Of a DNA stretch of 27,931 nucleotides, positions 1 to 8,723 are shown piece after piece. How positions within the stretch are numbered: the first letter of the stretch is position 1; the number at the start of each line of letters is the position of its first letter. The position numbers and the translations under genes are program-made. The notes below the pieces were generated by a model that was given only the letters and a program-made list of their open reading frames with translations, was not told the DNA's origin and searched no databases. The stretch comes from Candidatus Micrarchaeaceae archaeon. Lineage in GTDB: Archaea > Micrarchaeota > Micrarchaeia > Micrarchaeales > Micrarchaeaceae. Where the stretch lies: the NCBI GenBank assembly GCA_038881415.1, contig JAVZPY010000001.1, positions 1 to 27,931 on the forward strand. Reading direction: 5' to 3'.

Positions 1-50
1 TAGAATTAAACGCTTTAATTACAAATTGGCAATGCAAATGGTAAGTTTGC

Positions 51-611
51 ATGGATGGCTGGGAAGGCTTTGACTACGCCAGATCGAGGCGGATAAAAAA
101 TTCGCTAATACCTATAGACAAAGTAATGCGGTTTATAGACCCTAGCAGCACCGACAGAATTTTGGAGATAGGGGCAGGTGATGGGGAGTATGCGGAGGCA
201 TTGGCAAAGGCCGCGCATTCTGGAGTGGTAGTTGCAATGGAGTTTACAGAAGCGGCATCAAAGCTTATTGAGCAGCGCATTGTAAAGTCTGGGCTAAAGA
301 ACCTTGAGCTGTGGAGGATGAATGCATGCCTAGTTGAAGATTTTTCTAAATTTGAGAAAATATTCATGTCTGATGTATTCCATGATATAGAGTGCAAGGA
401 CAGGCTGCTTGAAATGGTGCACAAAAGCGCAGAGCGCGGCATGCAGCTAATACTTATAGAATTTAAGAAAAGCTCAAAAATAGGGCCGCCTGAAAGCATA
501 AAATTGAGCGAAAAGCAACTGGATGGAATAATGTCAAAGCATGGCTTTGAGCTTTTAGGGCGCATAGAGCTTGAACAGCATTACATGGCAAAATACCGCA
601 TTGCTGACTGA
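51..611 (+). CDS. Class I SAM-dependent methyltransferase (UbiE/Methyltransf_11-like), substrate unknown
   Basis: Motif I ILEIGAGDG, acidic residue at the end of strand 2 (VAMEF), 186 aa Rossmann-type pattern. Confidence 0.85.
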   Translation: MDGWEGFDYARSRRIKNSLIPIDKVMRFIDPSSTDRILEIGAGDGEYAEALAKAAHSGVVVAMEFTEAASKLIEQRIVKSGLKNLELWRMNACLVEDFSKFEKIFMSDVFHDIECKDRLLEMVHKSAERGMQLILIEFKKSSKIGPPESIKLSEKQLDGIMSKHGFELLGRIELEQHYMAKYRIAD

Positions 612-807
612 GCTGGGAATTGCACCGCTTGCAAATTTTATATATGGGTATATATAAATTTTCTAATCTTCTGATACAAATTTTATGTTCTGCATTTAAT
701 CTATTAATAATATGGATATATAATTAAGGATATTGACAATTTTATTAATTATTCTGTAGTATATCTGTATTAAATGCATTGGATTACATATGGCGCCTGC
801 AATACTA

Positions 808-815
808 TTTAAATA
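808..815 (+). promoter_or_regulatory. Putative archaeal TATA box (TTTAAATA)
   Basis: Matches the TATA consensus; about 30 nt upstream of the 5' end of the GC-rich stem at 839. Confidence 0.5.
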
Positions 816-838
816 AAACACTTTCCATAAGTATAATC

Positions 839-951
839 AAGCGCTTGGGGATTTCGTGGTAACAAATTGCTGTGGAAATTGCTGTAATAAACTGGCCATA
901 ATTCCCTCAACCGGCATGTACTCTTTTTATGTTCCCATGCCCCCAGCGCTT
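839..951 (+). ncRNA. Candidate structured RNA or structured 5' leader, unclassified
   Basis: Ends pair: AAGCGCT(839-845)/AGCGCTT(945-951), GGGG/CCCC, CGTGG/CCATG, AACA/TGTT; inner hairpin GGAAATT..AATTCC; GC-richer than its AT-rich flanks. Confidence 0.45.
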
Positions 952-963
952 TATCGCGTTTAA

Positions 964-1233
964 ATGGGTGGGTCTATGCACATATGGGAGGTAAAGTTCG
1001 TTCTGTCGCTTCCTTATATAGGGAAGTGGGCAAGGAAAAAGAGGGAAAAGTGGGTTTTCGAGGATGACCCTAACAATAAGCGCCCTGTTATTGGGATTGC
1101 GCTGAGCAGCATTGCATTCATGTATGTATGGGCTGACACTCCGCTGAAGAAACAGCTGAGCGAACGCGATTTCGCGCGCTTCCTTGAGTACAACAAAATT
1201 AGAGAGGATGAACTTCCGGCTAATTTGCGTTGA
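964..1233 (+). CDS. Hypothetical protein (89 aa)
   Basis: Fills the gap between the structured element and the next gene; followed by a GAGGTG SD for the next ORF; no recognisable motif. Confidence 0.6.
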   Translation: MGGSMHIWEVKFVLSLPYIGKWARKKREKWVFEDDPNNKRPVIGIALSSIAFMYVWADTPLKKQLSERDFARFLEYNKIREDELPANLR

Positions 1234-1242
1234 GGTGCCTCT

Positions 1243-1536
1243 ATGGGTGGAAAAAACAAAAGGAATGGGTTTGTTGAAATAAGGCGCGGAAAGAAATTCT
1301 ACAATTTTTATTTTCTAAAGCCTCCTGTTAATTCTGAGATGGAAGGCCTTGGCGACTCACTGATCGCAATGAAGGAAGTCGAGGAAGTATTCCTTACTGA
1401 CGGTGACTTTGGGTACATAGTAAAGGCTAGGTTCAACGAAGGAAATGAGCCATCTGACGTGGAGCGCTTCATACAGAAAAGGCTCGGAAACAGGTACGGA
1501 AGAGTAACAACTTTCGACAAATATGGGAAATATTGA
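1243..1536 (+). CDS. Stand-alone Lrp/AsnC ligand-binding (RAM)-like domain protein
   Basis: EVEEVFLTDGDFGYIVKARF resembles the Lrp C-terminal motif EVxEVYxVTGxYDxIVKV; no HTH; SD GAGGTG upstream. Confidence 0.55.
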   Translation: MGGKNKRNGFVEIRRGKKFYNFYFLKPPVNSEMEGLGDSLIAMKEVEEVFLTDGDFGYIVKARFNEGNEPSDVERFIQKRLGNRYGRVTTFDKYGKY

Positions 1537-1540
1537 ACAG

Positions 1541-1552
1541 TTTCTTTTTTTT
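1541..1552 (+). terminator. Oligo-T tract, putative archaeal terminator
   Basis: TTTCTTTTTTTT starts 5 nt after the stop codon at 1536. Confidence 0.5.
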
Positions 1553-1625
1553 ATTAAAGATATGAAATTTTTAGTTTTAAGGCGTTGCTGAGGAAATGTA
1601 TTTAAATCTTTACTGACATAACTTA

Positions 1626-1662
1626 ATGTATAAGCATATATAGGTAAAATATGCATATACAT
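1626..1662. promoter_or_regulatory. Inverted repeat overlapping the likely thermosome promoter, candidate operator
   Basis: ATGTATAAGCATAT-N9-ATATGCATATACAT, 13/14 match, ending 20 nt before the ATG. Confidence 0.45.
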
Positions 1663-1682
1663 CTGATGCTTAGGTGATTAGA

Positions 1683-3335
1683 ATGGCTGAAAATCAATTA
1701 GGACCACAGTATCTGGTATTGCCAGAAGGATCTACAAGGCTTCTCGGTAGGGATGCCCAAAGGACAAATATTGCGGTTGGAATGGCAGTAGCAAATGCAG
1801 TTAAGACTACGCTTGGACCGAAAGGCATGGACAAAATGATGGTAAGCGATCTGGGCGACATAGTGATAACAAACGACGGTGCAACAATATTAGAAGAGAT
1901 GAATGTTGAGCACCCAGTAGCAAAAATCATGGTTGACATAGCCAAGACGCAGGACAGGGAAGTGGGTGACGGGACCACCACAGTAGTTGTTATGGCAGGT
2001 GAACTCCTCAAAGGAGCAGGAGAATTGCTAGAGCAGGGAGTGCACCCAACTACAATAATAAATGGCTATAAGATAGCCGCCCGCAAAGCCGAAGAGATAC
2101 TTAGGAAGAATGCTAAGGAAGTTAGTATAGAAGACGATTCTCTCCTTCAGAAAATAGCAAATGTTTCGATGGGTTCGAAGAACGTTGGAGATGAGTCGGT
2201 TAAGGCGTACCTTTCTAAGCTCGTTATAAAATCAGTAAAGCAAGTAGTTGAAAGGAACCAATCTGGCAAGCTAGTTGTTGATAAGGATTACATAAAAATA
2301 GAAAAGAAAAGCGGAGGGACTATTTCTGACACGCAGATGATTAGCGGAGTTCTCATAGACAAGGAGATAGCCCACCCAGGCATGCCAAAAAGCACTAAAA
2401 ACGCCAAGATAGCACTACTTGACGTTGCGCTTGAAATTGAAAAGACAGAGACTGACGCAAAGATAGAGATAACTTCTCCAGAGCAGATGCAGGCATTCCT
2501 GCAGCAAGAAGAGCAAATGCTAAAGGACATGGTTGAGAAGATAAAGAAGAGCAAGGCAAACTTTGTAGTTACGCAGAAAGGAATAGATGATGTCGCACAA
2601 CACTATTTGTCAAAGGCAGGCATAGCTGCAGTCAGAAGGGTCAAGAAAAGCGACATAGAGAAGATAGCAAAGGCAACTGGGGCAAAGATAGTCACTAGCT
2701 TGGATGACCTAGAAGAGCAGGATCTTGGCTTTGCAGGGCTTATTGAAGAACGCAAAGTAGCCGGAGAACAAATGGTCTTCATAGAGAACTGCAAGAATCC
2801 AAAGAGCGTCACTATCTTTATAAGGGGAGGAACCCAGCAGGTAGTTGATGAAGTAGAAAGGTCTATAGTTGATGTAATAGGCGCAATAACAAGCGTTGTG
2901 GAAGACGGAAAGTATGTTCCCGGAGGTGGCAGCATAGAAACAGAATTGGCCAACGAAATCAGGATGTATTCCAACAGCGTCGGCGGAAGGGAACAGCTAG
3001 CAATACAGAAGTTTGCAGACGCCCTTGAGATAGTGCCTAAAACGCTTGCAGAGAGCGCTGGAATGGATGCAATAGACACTCTTGTACAGCTAAGGAACAA
3101 GCACAGGACAAAAGAAGGTGCAAACTACGGCATAGATATATACAAGAACACGATAAGTGACATGGCCAAGCAGAGCATCTTTGAGCCTATGAGGGTCAAA
3201 ATGCAAGCAATATACAGTGCAAGCGAAGCCGCAGAGATAATTCTGAGGATAGATGATATGATAAGCGCAAAGGCCAAAACAAGCTCAGGAGGGCCGGGAG
3301 GCGGCATGCCACCAGGAGGAGGAGAGATGGAGTGA
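1683..3335 (+). CDS. ths: Thermosome subunit (group II chaperonin)
   Basis: [29 protein letters not shown](S)IE motifs and Gly/Met-rich tail; ATG 1683 follows SD AGGTGA. Confidence 0.98.
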   Translation: MAENQLGPQYLVLPEGSTRLLGRDAQRTNIAVGMAVANAVKTTLGPKGMDKMMVSDLGDIVITNDGATILEEMNVEHPVAKIMVDIAKTQDREVGDGTTTVVVMAGELLKGAGELLEQGVHPTTIINGYKIAARKAEEILRKNAKEVSIEDDSLLQKIANVSMGSKNVGDESVKAYLSKLVIKSVKQVVERNQSGKLVVDKDYIKIEKKSGGTISDTQMISGVLIDKEIAHPGMPKSTKNAKIALLDVALEIEKTETDAKIEITSPEQMQAFLQQEEQMLKDMVEKIKKSKANFVVTQKGIDDVAQHYLSKAGIAAVRRVKKSDIEKIAKATGAKIVTSLDDLEEQDLGFAGLIEERKVAGEQMVFIENCKNPKSVTIFIRGGTQQVVDEVERSIVDVIGAITSVVEDGKYVPGGGSIETELANEIRMYSNSVGGREQLAIQKFADALEIVPKTLAESAGMDAIDTLVQLRNKHRTKEGANYGIDIYKNTISDMAKQSIFEPMRVKMQAIYSASEAAEIILRIDDMISAKAKTSSGGPGGGMPPGGGEME

Positions 3336-3387
3336 TTCCATCCTCTAACCCTAGTTAGCTTTTTAATGCTTGAACCTATATTTTATT

Positions 3388-3954
3388 ATGAAAGCAGTTA
3401 TAGTAACTGGTTCTCCTGGAGCAGGCAAAACTACTCTTCTTGGAATGCTCCACCTGAGAGGAACAGATATTGTAAATGTTGGAAGCATTATGAAGGATAT
3501 TGCTCTTGAAAAAGGATACGTAAATGATAGGGATGAGATAAGGAAGCTTGGCCTTGGCAAAATAGATTATTTGAGGGAAGCTGCGTTCAACAAAATAAGC
3601 AATATGAGTGGAAATATAGTGATAGACACCCATGCTACTGTTGAGTCTGAAGGCAAATTTGTCACTGGGCTGCCAATGCGCATACTTGGAAAAGCAGATT
3701 GGCTTAGGGCATTTGTATATATAGATGCTAAATCGCAGGATATACTGCTCAGAAGGGCATTGGATACAAAAAGGCATAGGGAGAGGGAGGGTAAAGATGC
3801 GCTGGACCTACAAAGAAGCATAAACCTATCGACGCTTGCATTTTATAGCTCATATTTAAATATTTCATTATATGTAATTAAAAATGAACAAGGTATGCTC
3901 GAGCAGAGCGCAGCTGCGCTAAAAAAAGCAATCCTAGAAAGCCTTGGAGATTAA
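3388..3954 (+). CDS. adkA: Archaeal adenylate kinase
   Basis: P-loop GSPGAGKTT, IDTH motif, RRxxDxxRxR lid; precedes DUF106-L34e as in the conserved archaeal cluster; ATG at 3388 preferred over TTG 3370. Confidence 0.9.
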   Translation: MKAVIVTGSPGAGKTTLLGMLHLRGTDIVNVGSIMKDIALEKGYVNDRDEIRKLGLGKIDYLREAAFNKISNMSGNIVIDTHATVESEGKFVTGLPMRILGKADWLRAFVYIDAKSQDILLRRALDTKRHREREGKDALDLQRSINLSTLAFYSSYLNISLYVIKNEQGMLEQSAAALKKAILESLGD

Positions 3955-4473
3955 ATGACTGTAACTACTGTACCCATGCCATTTGGCACAGAACTTGCCA
4001 TAATAGCTATAGGATTGGCTTATACTGCGCTTTCTATATTTGCTCAGCGCAAAATTTCAGATCCGCGCAAGATACGCGCTGCGCAGGCAAAAATGAAATA
4101 TCACACTGCCATGCTCAATGAGATGGTGAAGAACAAAAGGCCGCAGGAAGAAATTTTGGCAAAGCAGCGCGAAATTATGCCGATGATGACAGAAAGCATG
4201 AAGTTGCAGATGAAATCTACAATGATAATAATACCTATATTCTTTCTGCTTTACTATGTGCTTATGCCGGCATTGTTTGGCAGCATATCGAAAGAGACTG
4301 CCACCTTCATAGTCTCTGGGCTTAACTACAGGAGCCTTTTCTTTGCTGTTGTATTACTTTCCGGCATGATTTCTGCGATTATTATAATGCTCTACGACAG
4401 GAAAAAGACAAAACAGGAGCAGGCTGCGTTTGATAGCGAAGGCGTATCTTTGCAAAGATATGACAAAGACTAA
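3955..4473 (+). CDS. DUF106 / EMC3-TMCO1 (Oxa1 superfamily) membrane protein
   Basis: N-terminal TM, coiled-coil, Met-rich MKxQMK segment, two further TMs; conserved position between adk and rpl34e. Confidence 0.85.
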   Translation: MTVTTVPMPFGTELAIIAIGLAYTALSIFAQRKISDPRKIRAAQAKMKYHTAMLNEMVKNKRPQEEILAKQREIMPMMTESMKLQMKSTMIIIPIFFLLYYVLMPALFGSISKETATFIVSGLNYRSLFFAVVLLSGMISAIIIMLYDRKKTKQEQAAFDSEGVSLQRYDKD

Positions 4474-4505
4474 ATAGCTTGCCCTACCAATAGATAAGTC
4501 GGCGG

Positions 4506-4832
4506 GTGTTTAGATTGACTAAACCAATGAACAGATCAAGCAGCATGAAGGCAGTAAGAAGGGTTACTCCAAAAGGCAGAAATGTTGTGCATTACAGACG
4601 CGGAAAGAATTCGATGCCACATTGCGCTATATGCTCTGCAGAGCTAAATGGAATAAGCAGTAGGGGAGGAAGGAGCAGGAGAACAAATGCGAGGCTATTC
4701 GGCGGCGTACTGTGCGCAAAGTGCGCTTCGAACATTGTCACTCTTGGAAGCAGAGTAGAGCATGGAGACATGAAGCTGGACGACGTTGGGATAAAGCAGC
4801 GCAAATATGTACTACAGCTTGTAGCCCATTAA
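4506..4832 (+). CDS. rpl34e: 50S ribosomal protein L34e
   Basis: RRVTPKGR, CAIC..LNG, R.FGG.LCAKC motifs; exact start uncertain (4506, 4515 or 4527). Confidence 0.92.
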   Translation: MFRLTKPMNRSSSMKAVRRVTPKGRNVVHYRRGKNSMPHCAICSAELNGISSRGGRSRRTNARLFGGVLCAKCASNIVTLGSRVEHGDMKLDDVGIKQRKYVLQLVAH

Positions 4833-4862
4833 TAATGTCCGTTTGTTACTTGTGGTGAGTTT

Positions 4863-5090
4863 GTGTTGCTGGAAGAAGGAAGAATATGCATAAAGAAATT
4901 TGGTAGAGATGCTGGCAGCAGGGCAGTGATAACAAAAGTAAGTGGTAAAAACGTGATGATTCTTACCGCTATAAGGCACAAGAAAGAAAGAAAATGCAAT
5001 CCTGCACACCTTGAGCTTCTCTCCGAAACTGTAGATTTGAAAAACAAGGAGGCAATAGCCAAGGCGCTAGGGTTAAAGTCTCTTGATTAA
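4863..5090 (+). CDS. rpl14e: 50S ribosomal protein L14e
   Basis: GRICIKKFGRDAG..AVI and ERKCNPAHLE motifs; GTG start after GGTGAG SD. Confidence 0.92.
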   Translation: MLLEEGRICIKKFGRDAGSRAVITKVSGKNVMILTAIRHKKERKCNPAHLELLSETVDLKNKEAIAKALGLKSLD

Positions 5091-6289
5091 TCCCTTTTCT
5101 CTAGCAACTCCATTATTGTTTTTATTGCATTATCCTTTTTTGACTCTGATAAGATTGAGAATAAAAAGCTTGGGTCGATATCTCCCGAATACCCTTCTTC
5201 CTTTAGCCTTTCCTTTAGTATCGACATCCCTAGCTCCTTTATGGACATGTTTCCTAGACGGCCCTCCCTGACTTCCACTATGCTTTCTTCAAGCCCCTCT
5301 TCTGAAAGCTTTGATATGTCTATTTCTACTTCTGCCTTACCATGGAATTCGGAAGCCAGCTTTTGTATATAGATGTCAGATATTTGTGAACCTTTATCCA
5401 AGGTTCCGCGCACTACCACGCGCACAATTGGGTTATCGTGATTGGAGATTGAGGATTCTACGGCCTCCCTTATCGAAGCCATAATCTCATCAGGCTTTGC
5501 AGAAGAAACCTCTATTGTGCGTATAATAAAATCCCTGGAATTTATGCGCACATACTCATAAGCTGAGGTTGCAGTGTCAAATATTATGAAGCCTTTGCCT
5601 TCAGTTTCAGCTTCTTTTAGTTGGGTGAGCACTGTGCTGCCAGGTATCAGGAATGGTTTGCCGTGCACCTTGCCCACAATTTTATTGTGTATGTGGCCGC
5701 ATACGTACAGGTCAAAGCCTTCTGGAAGGTCTTCGTACCTGATAAAATCTTCGCTGAAAGGAAGAATTTCATATATGGATTGGTGGAACATGAATATATT
5801 GAAAGCCCCTGGCACTGGTTTTGGGGAGAGCCTGACAAGTTCATCTTTTACCTTTTCTTCTGGCACCCCGCCTAGGCCAAAAACTGCAACTCTCTCATCA
5901 TCCTTGCGTATTATGGTTGTAGATTCGCTTGTGTCTGCAAGCAACCCTGCAAGAGATAGAAGAGTCAGAGGATTCTCTTTGCCTGCCGCTGTCCTCTCAT
6001 GTGTGCCAGGTATTGCTATTATAGGTATGTTTGTATATATGTGGCCAGCCCCTATGAAGCTTTCTATTGATGAACCGAAATCAGCAGCCTTGCCTATATC
6101 GCGGAATATGTTTATTGCTTCTGCTATTACGTCGGGCTTTGGCGAACGCTTGTCAAAGATGTCCCCAGGTATCAGTATTGCGTCTGCTTTGGACGCTGCA
6201 AGCTCCAAGGCCATGCGAGCCTGCCTGTACGCATCTTCTCTAAAGCGTTCATAGCCTATGTGCAGATCTGAAACTATCGCTATCTTCAT
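5087..6289 (-). CDS. mre11: Mre11/SbcD-family nuclease
   Basis: SDLHIG, GDIFD, GTHE (variant of GNHD), FHQ, GHIH, PGS metallophosphoesterase motifs plus capping domain. Confidence 0.88.
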   Translation of the reverse strand: MKIAIVSDLHIGYERFREDAYRQARMALELAASKADAILIPGDIFDKRSPKPDVIAEAINIFRDIGKAADFGSSIESFIGAGHIYTNIPIIAIPGTHERTAAGKENPLTLLSLAGLLADTSESTTIIRKDDERVAVFGLGGVPEEKVKDELVRLSPKPVPGAFNIFMFHQSIYEILPFSEDFIRYEDLPEGFDLYVCGHIHNKIVGKVHGKPFLIPGSTVLTQLKEAETEGKGFIIFDTATSAYEYVRINSRDFIIRTIEVSSAKPDEIMASIREAVESSISNHDNPIVRVVVRGTLDKGSQISDIYIQKLASEFHGKAEVEIDISKLSEEGLEESIVEVREGRLGNMSIKELGMSILKERLKEEGYSGDIDPSFLFSILSESKKDNAIKTIMELLEKRD

Positions 6290-7275
6290 TTGCTGCCACC
6301 TTTTATAAGATGTAGTATCTCGTTCATAAAAGCTTCCATAAATATATCTGCAGATTCTATTCTATTTCCAAATGCTCCTGCGGCGCATGGATGGCCTCCG
6401 CCGCTGCCCTCCAATATGTATGCAAGCTTCTGTGATATTTTTCCTAAGTGTATCCCGTATTTCTGGTCTAGTGTGGGCCTCAGCCTGGAGGAGAATGAAA
6501 CTTCAGAATCAGAAACGGAATAAAATAATGCAAGGTCCACCCCGCATTTTATTGCATTGTCAGCTGCAAGGTTAGGATGAGAATGGGCAATGCCTGTTAC
6601 CACGAGAATATCGTTGTATATTTCTATATGTGCATTTTGCAGGTCCTCAAATGTTAGCAGCCGACCATTCACGTCGCCAACATTTGATATGAGGTTGTGG
6701 ACTTTGACATAATCTGTCTTTGCAATTTTGAAAAGCTCGCCAAGCTGTATAAATGTATCTGGTGTTGAGTTTTTGAATTCTGCTGAATCTGATATTATTC
6801 CTGCGGCGAGAAGCGCAGCAAGTTTTTCCGATGGGTTTGTTTTTAAAGCCTTCAATAGTTTGTATACTATGCTTGCGGTTGAATTGTAGCCCTCATCATT
6901 GAATCCTTTCAGGTTGTCATTGCTTGGGGCGTGATGGTCTATGACTATTATCTTTGATTCATATTCGCGCAACTTTTCCGAAAATTTGCCGCAATCTGAG
7001 TAGTTATTCACATCGACCATTATAATTGCATCCGGTTTGTATGGAAAATCGGTAGAAATTGCGCTTGGATCGTACCCGAATGCGTAGAGTATGCGCTTAG
7101 AATTTGAAGTTATATAGTCTGGGGATGATATTGTTGCTTTGCTAAAAAGCGATGCTAGGCCGAATGCTGATGATACCGAATCTGTATCCCCTACAGAGTG
7201 GAATGTTATAAAAATGCGCTTTCCATTTAGCGAACTGATTTCGGAAATCAACTCATTCCAGTTAAGCAGCATCAT
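6286..7275 (-). CDS. DHH/DHHA1 family phosphoesterase
   Basis: HSVGDTDS, VD, IDHH, GIISDS motifs and DHHA1 GGGHPCAAG; follows prefoldin beta as in many archaea. Confidence 0.92.
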   Translation of the reverse strand: MMLLNWNELISEISSLNGKRIFITFHSVGDTDSVSSAFGLASLFSKATISSPDYITSNSKRILYAFGYDPSAISTDFPYKPDAIIMVDVNNYSDCGKFSEKLREYESKIIVIDHHAPSNDNLKGFNDEGYNSTASIVYKLLKALKTNPSEKLAALLAAGIISDSAEFKNSTPDTFIQLGELFKIAKTDYVKVHNLISNVGDVNGRLLTFEDLQNAHIEIYNDILVVTGIAHSHPNLAADNAIKCGVDLALFYSVSDSEVSFSSRLRPTLDQKYGIHLGKISQKLAYILEGSGGGHPCAAGAFGNRIESADIFMEAFMNEILHLIKGGSK

Positions 7276-7616
7276 TCTACTCCGCTCTTTGGTTGCATCA
7301 GGGAGCGCAGCTCCTCCCGTATTTTTTGTTCTGCTGCTGAAGCCTCATTATATTGCTTTGAAACAATTGAGAGGCGCATTTCGACTGACTCTGTCTTCTC
7401 TGCTATATTTGATAGCGCTTCTTCTTTTTTTGTTTCGACTATTGCCCCTCCTACCTGGTAGAATATTTTCCCTTCTGATGCTTCTATGCGCTTTTTGGCC
7501 TCCTCTAGTTCGTTTTTCTGCTGCTGCAGCTGGGCCTTCTGCAACGCAAGAGCCTGCTGGCGTTCCTGTGCAGCTTGATATTCCCTTGTAAGTTTTTCTA
7601 TCTTATTTTCAGCCAT
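7272..7616 (-). CDS. pfdB: Prefoldin beta subunit
   Basis: Two coiled coils flanking the KIFYQVGGAIVE beta-hairpin; 114 aa. Confidence 0.92.
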   Translation of the reverse strand: MAENKIEKLTREYQAAQERQQALALQKAQLQQQKNELEEAKKRIEASEGKIFYQVGGAIVETKKEEALSNIAEKTESVEMRLSIVSKQYNEASAAEQKIREELRSLMQPKSGVE

Positions 7617-7624
7617 AAAACCAA

Positions 7625-8710
7625 CTACCTGTCTATTTCAGCAAAAACTAAATCCAAACTTCCTATTATTGAGAACAAATCTGCAAATTTCTGCCCTTTT
7701 GCCAATTTTTTTAATATTGACAAGTTTATGTATGCAGGGCTTCTCATCCCTATCCTGTAAGGCCTTTGCTTATCTGGTATCATATAAATTAAGCCCTCTC
7801 CTCTGGGGAGCTCCCTTGATATTATTACTGTATCAGGTTTTGCTGGCTGGCCTATAAGTTTTATTTTGCTACCTGCTGCGCTCCCGTTTGGCATTTTTTC
7901 AAGAGCTTGGCGTATTATACCTATGCTTTGTATCATCTCTTCGTACCTTACTCTATACCTGTCAAACGAATCCCCTGCCTCGCCATGCGGAACCTTGAAC
8001 TTTAAGTCGCTGTATATGTAATACGGTTTGGCCTTCCTTACATCATATGCTACTCCAGATGCGCGCAGAACTGGGCCGGTTGTTCCATATGCTATTGCAT
8101 CCTCTTTGCTCAGGACGCCTATGCCTTTTGTCCTCGATATAAAAAAATTGTTTTTGTCCAGCAACTTCCTGTATTTAGGTATGTTTTCTTCAAGATAATC
8201 GCATAAAGCGTGCGCCCGTTCTAAAAAATCAGGGGGGAGATCGCCATTGAGCCCCCCTATCCTCATATTAACATAGAACATTCTGCTCCCAGAAACATCT
8301 TCAAGGAATTTTATGACCTTTGCCCTTTCCCTAGAGGCCCACATGAATATAGTGAACATCTGCCCCAGGTCATTTGCAAATGTGCCCAACCATAATAGAT
8401 GGCTTGCTATCCTCTGGAATTCAAGCAGTATTACCCTTGCGTATTGCGCAGGCTCTGAAACTTTTGCCCCAGTCGCTTGCTCTACAGCGCTTACATACAG
8501 TTCATCCCAGCCCATTGGCGCCACGTAATCGAGTTTTTCGGTATAAGAGGGGCTCTGCATGTACATCCTAGTTTCCATTAGCTTTTCAACACCTCTGTGC
8601 AGAAACCCTATATGCGGCTCTACGCTTTCTATAGTGTCGCCGTTAACATAAGCAACGACCCTTAGTACACCATGCGTGCTCGGATGTATTGGCCCTATAT
8701 TTATACGCAT
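7625..8710 (-). CDS. nuoD: NADH-quinone oxidoreductase (complex I-like) subunit D
   Basis: NIGPIHPSTHGVLR, GFLHRGVEK, KLDY, ELPRGE, SLDLVFAEIDR; no NiFe CxxC motifs; ATG 8710 preferred over TTG 8755. Confidence 0.95.
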   Translation of the reverse strand: MRINIGPIHPSTHGVLRVVAYVNGDTIESVEPHIGFLHRGVEKLMETRMYMQSPSYTEKLDYVAPMGWDELYVSAVEQATGAKVSEPAQYARVILLEFQRIASHLLWLGTFANDLGQMFTIFMWASRERAKVIKFLEDVSGSRMFYVNMRIGGLNGDLPPDFLERAHALCDYLEENIPKYRKLLDKNNFFISRTKGIGVLSKEDAIAYGTTGPVLRASGVAYDVRKAKPYYIYSDLKFKVPHGEAGDSFDRYRVRYEEMIQSIGIIRQALEKMPNGSAAGSKIKLIGQPAKPDTVIISRELPRGEGLIYMIPDKQRPYRIGMRSPAYINLSILKKLAKGQKFADLFSIIGSLDLVFAEIDR

Positions 8711-8723
8711 ATTTGGCGTGGTA

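Noticed and set aside
633-662. AT-rich imperfect palindrome AAATTTTATATAT-GGGT-ATATATAAATTTT; considered as a replication origin or operator
   Set aside because: Low-complexity AT sequence, explainable as back-to-back TATA-like elements; no ORB repeats or cdc6/orc1 gene nearby.
839-951. 5S rRNA, H/ACA or CRISPR mini-array identity for the end-paired element
   Set aside because: No 5S loop C (CCGAAC) motif, no terminal ACA or K-turn, and the AAATTGCTGT repeat is only 10 nt, two copies, 2 nt apart.
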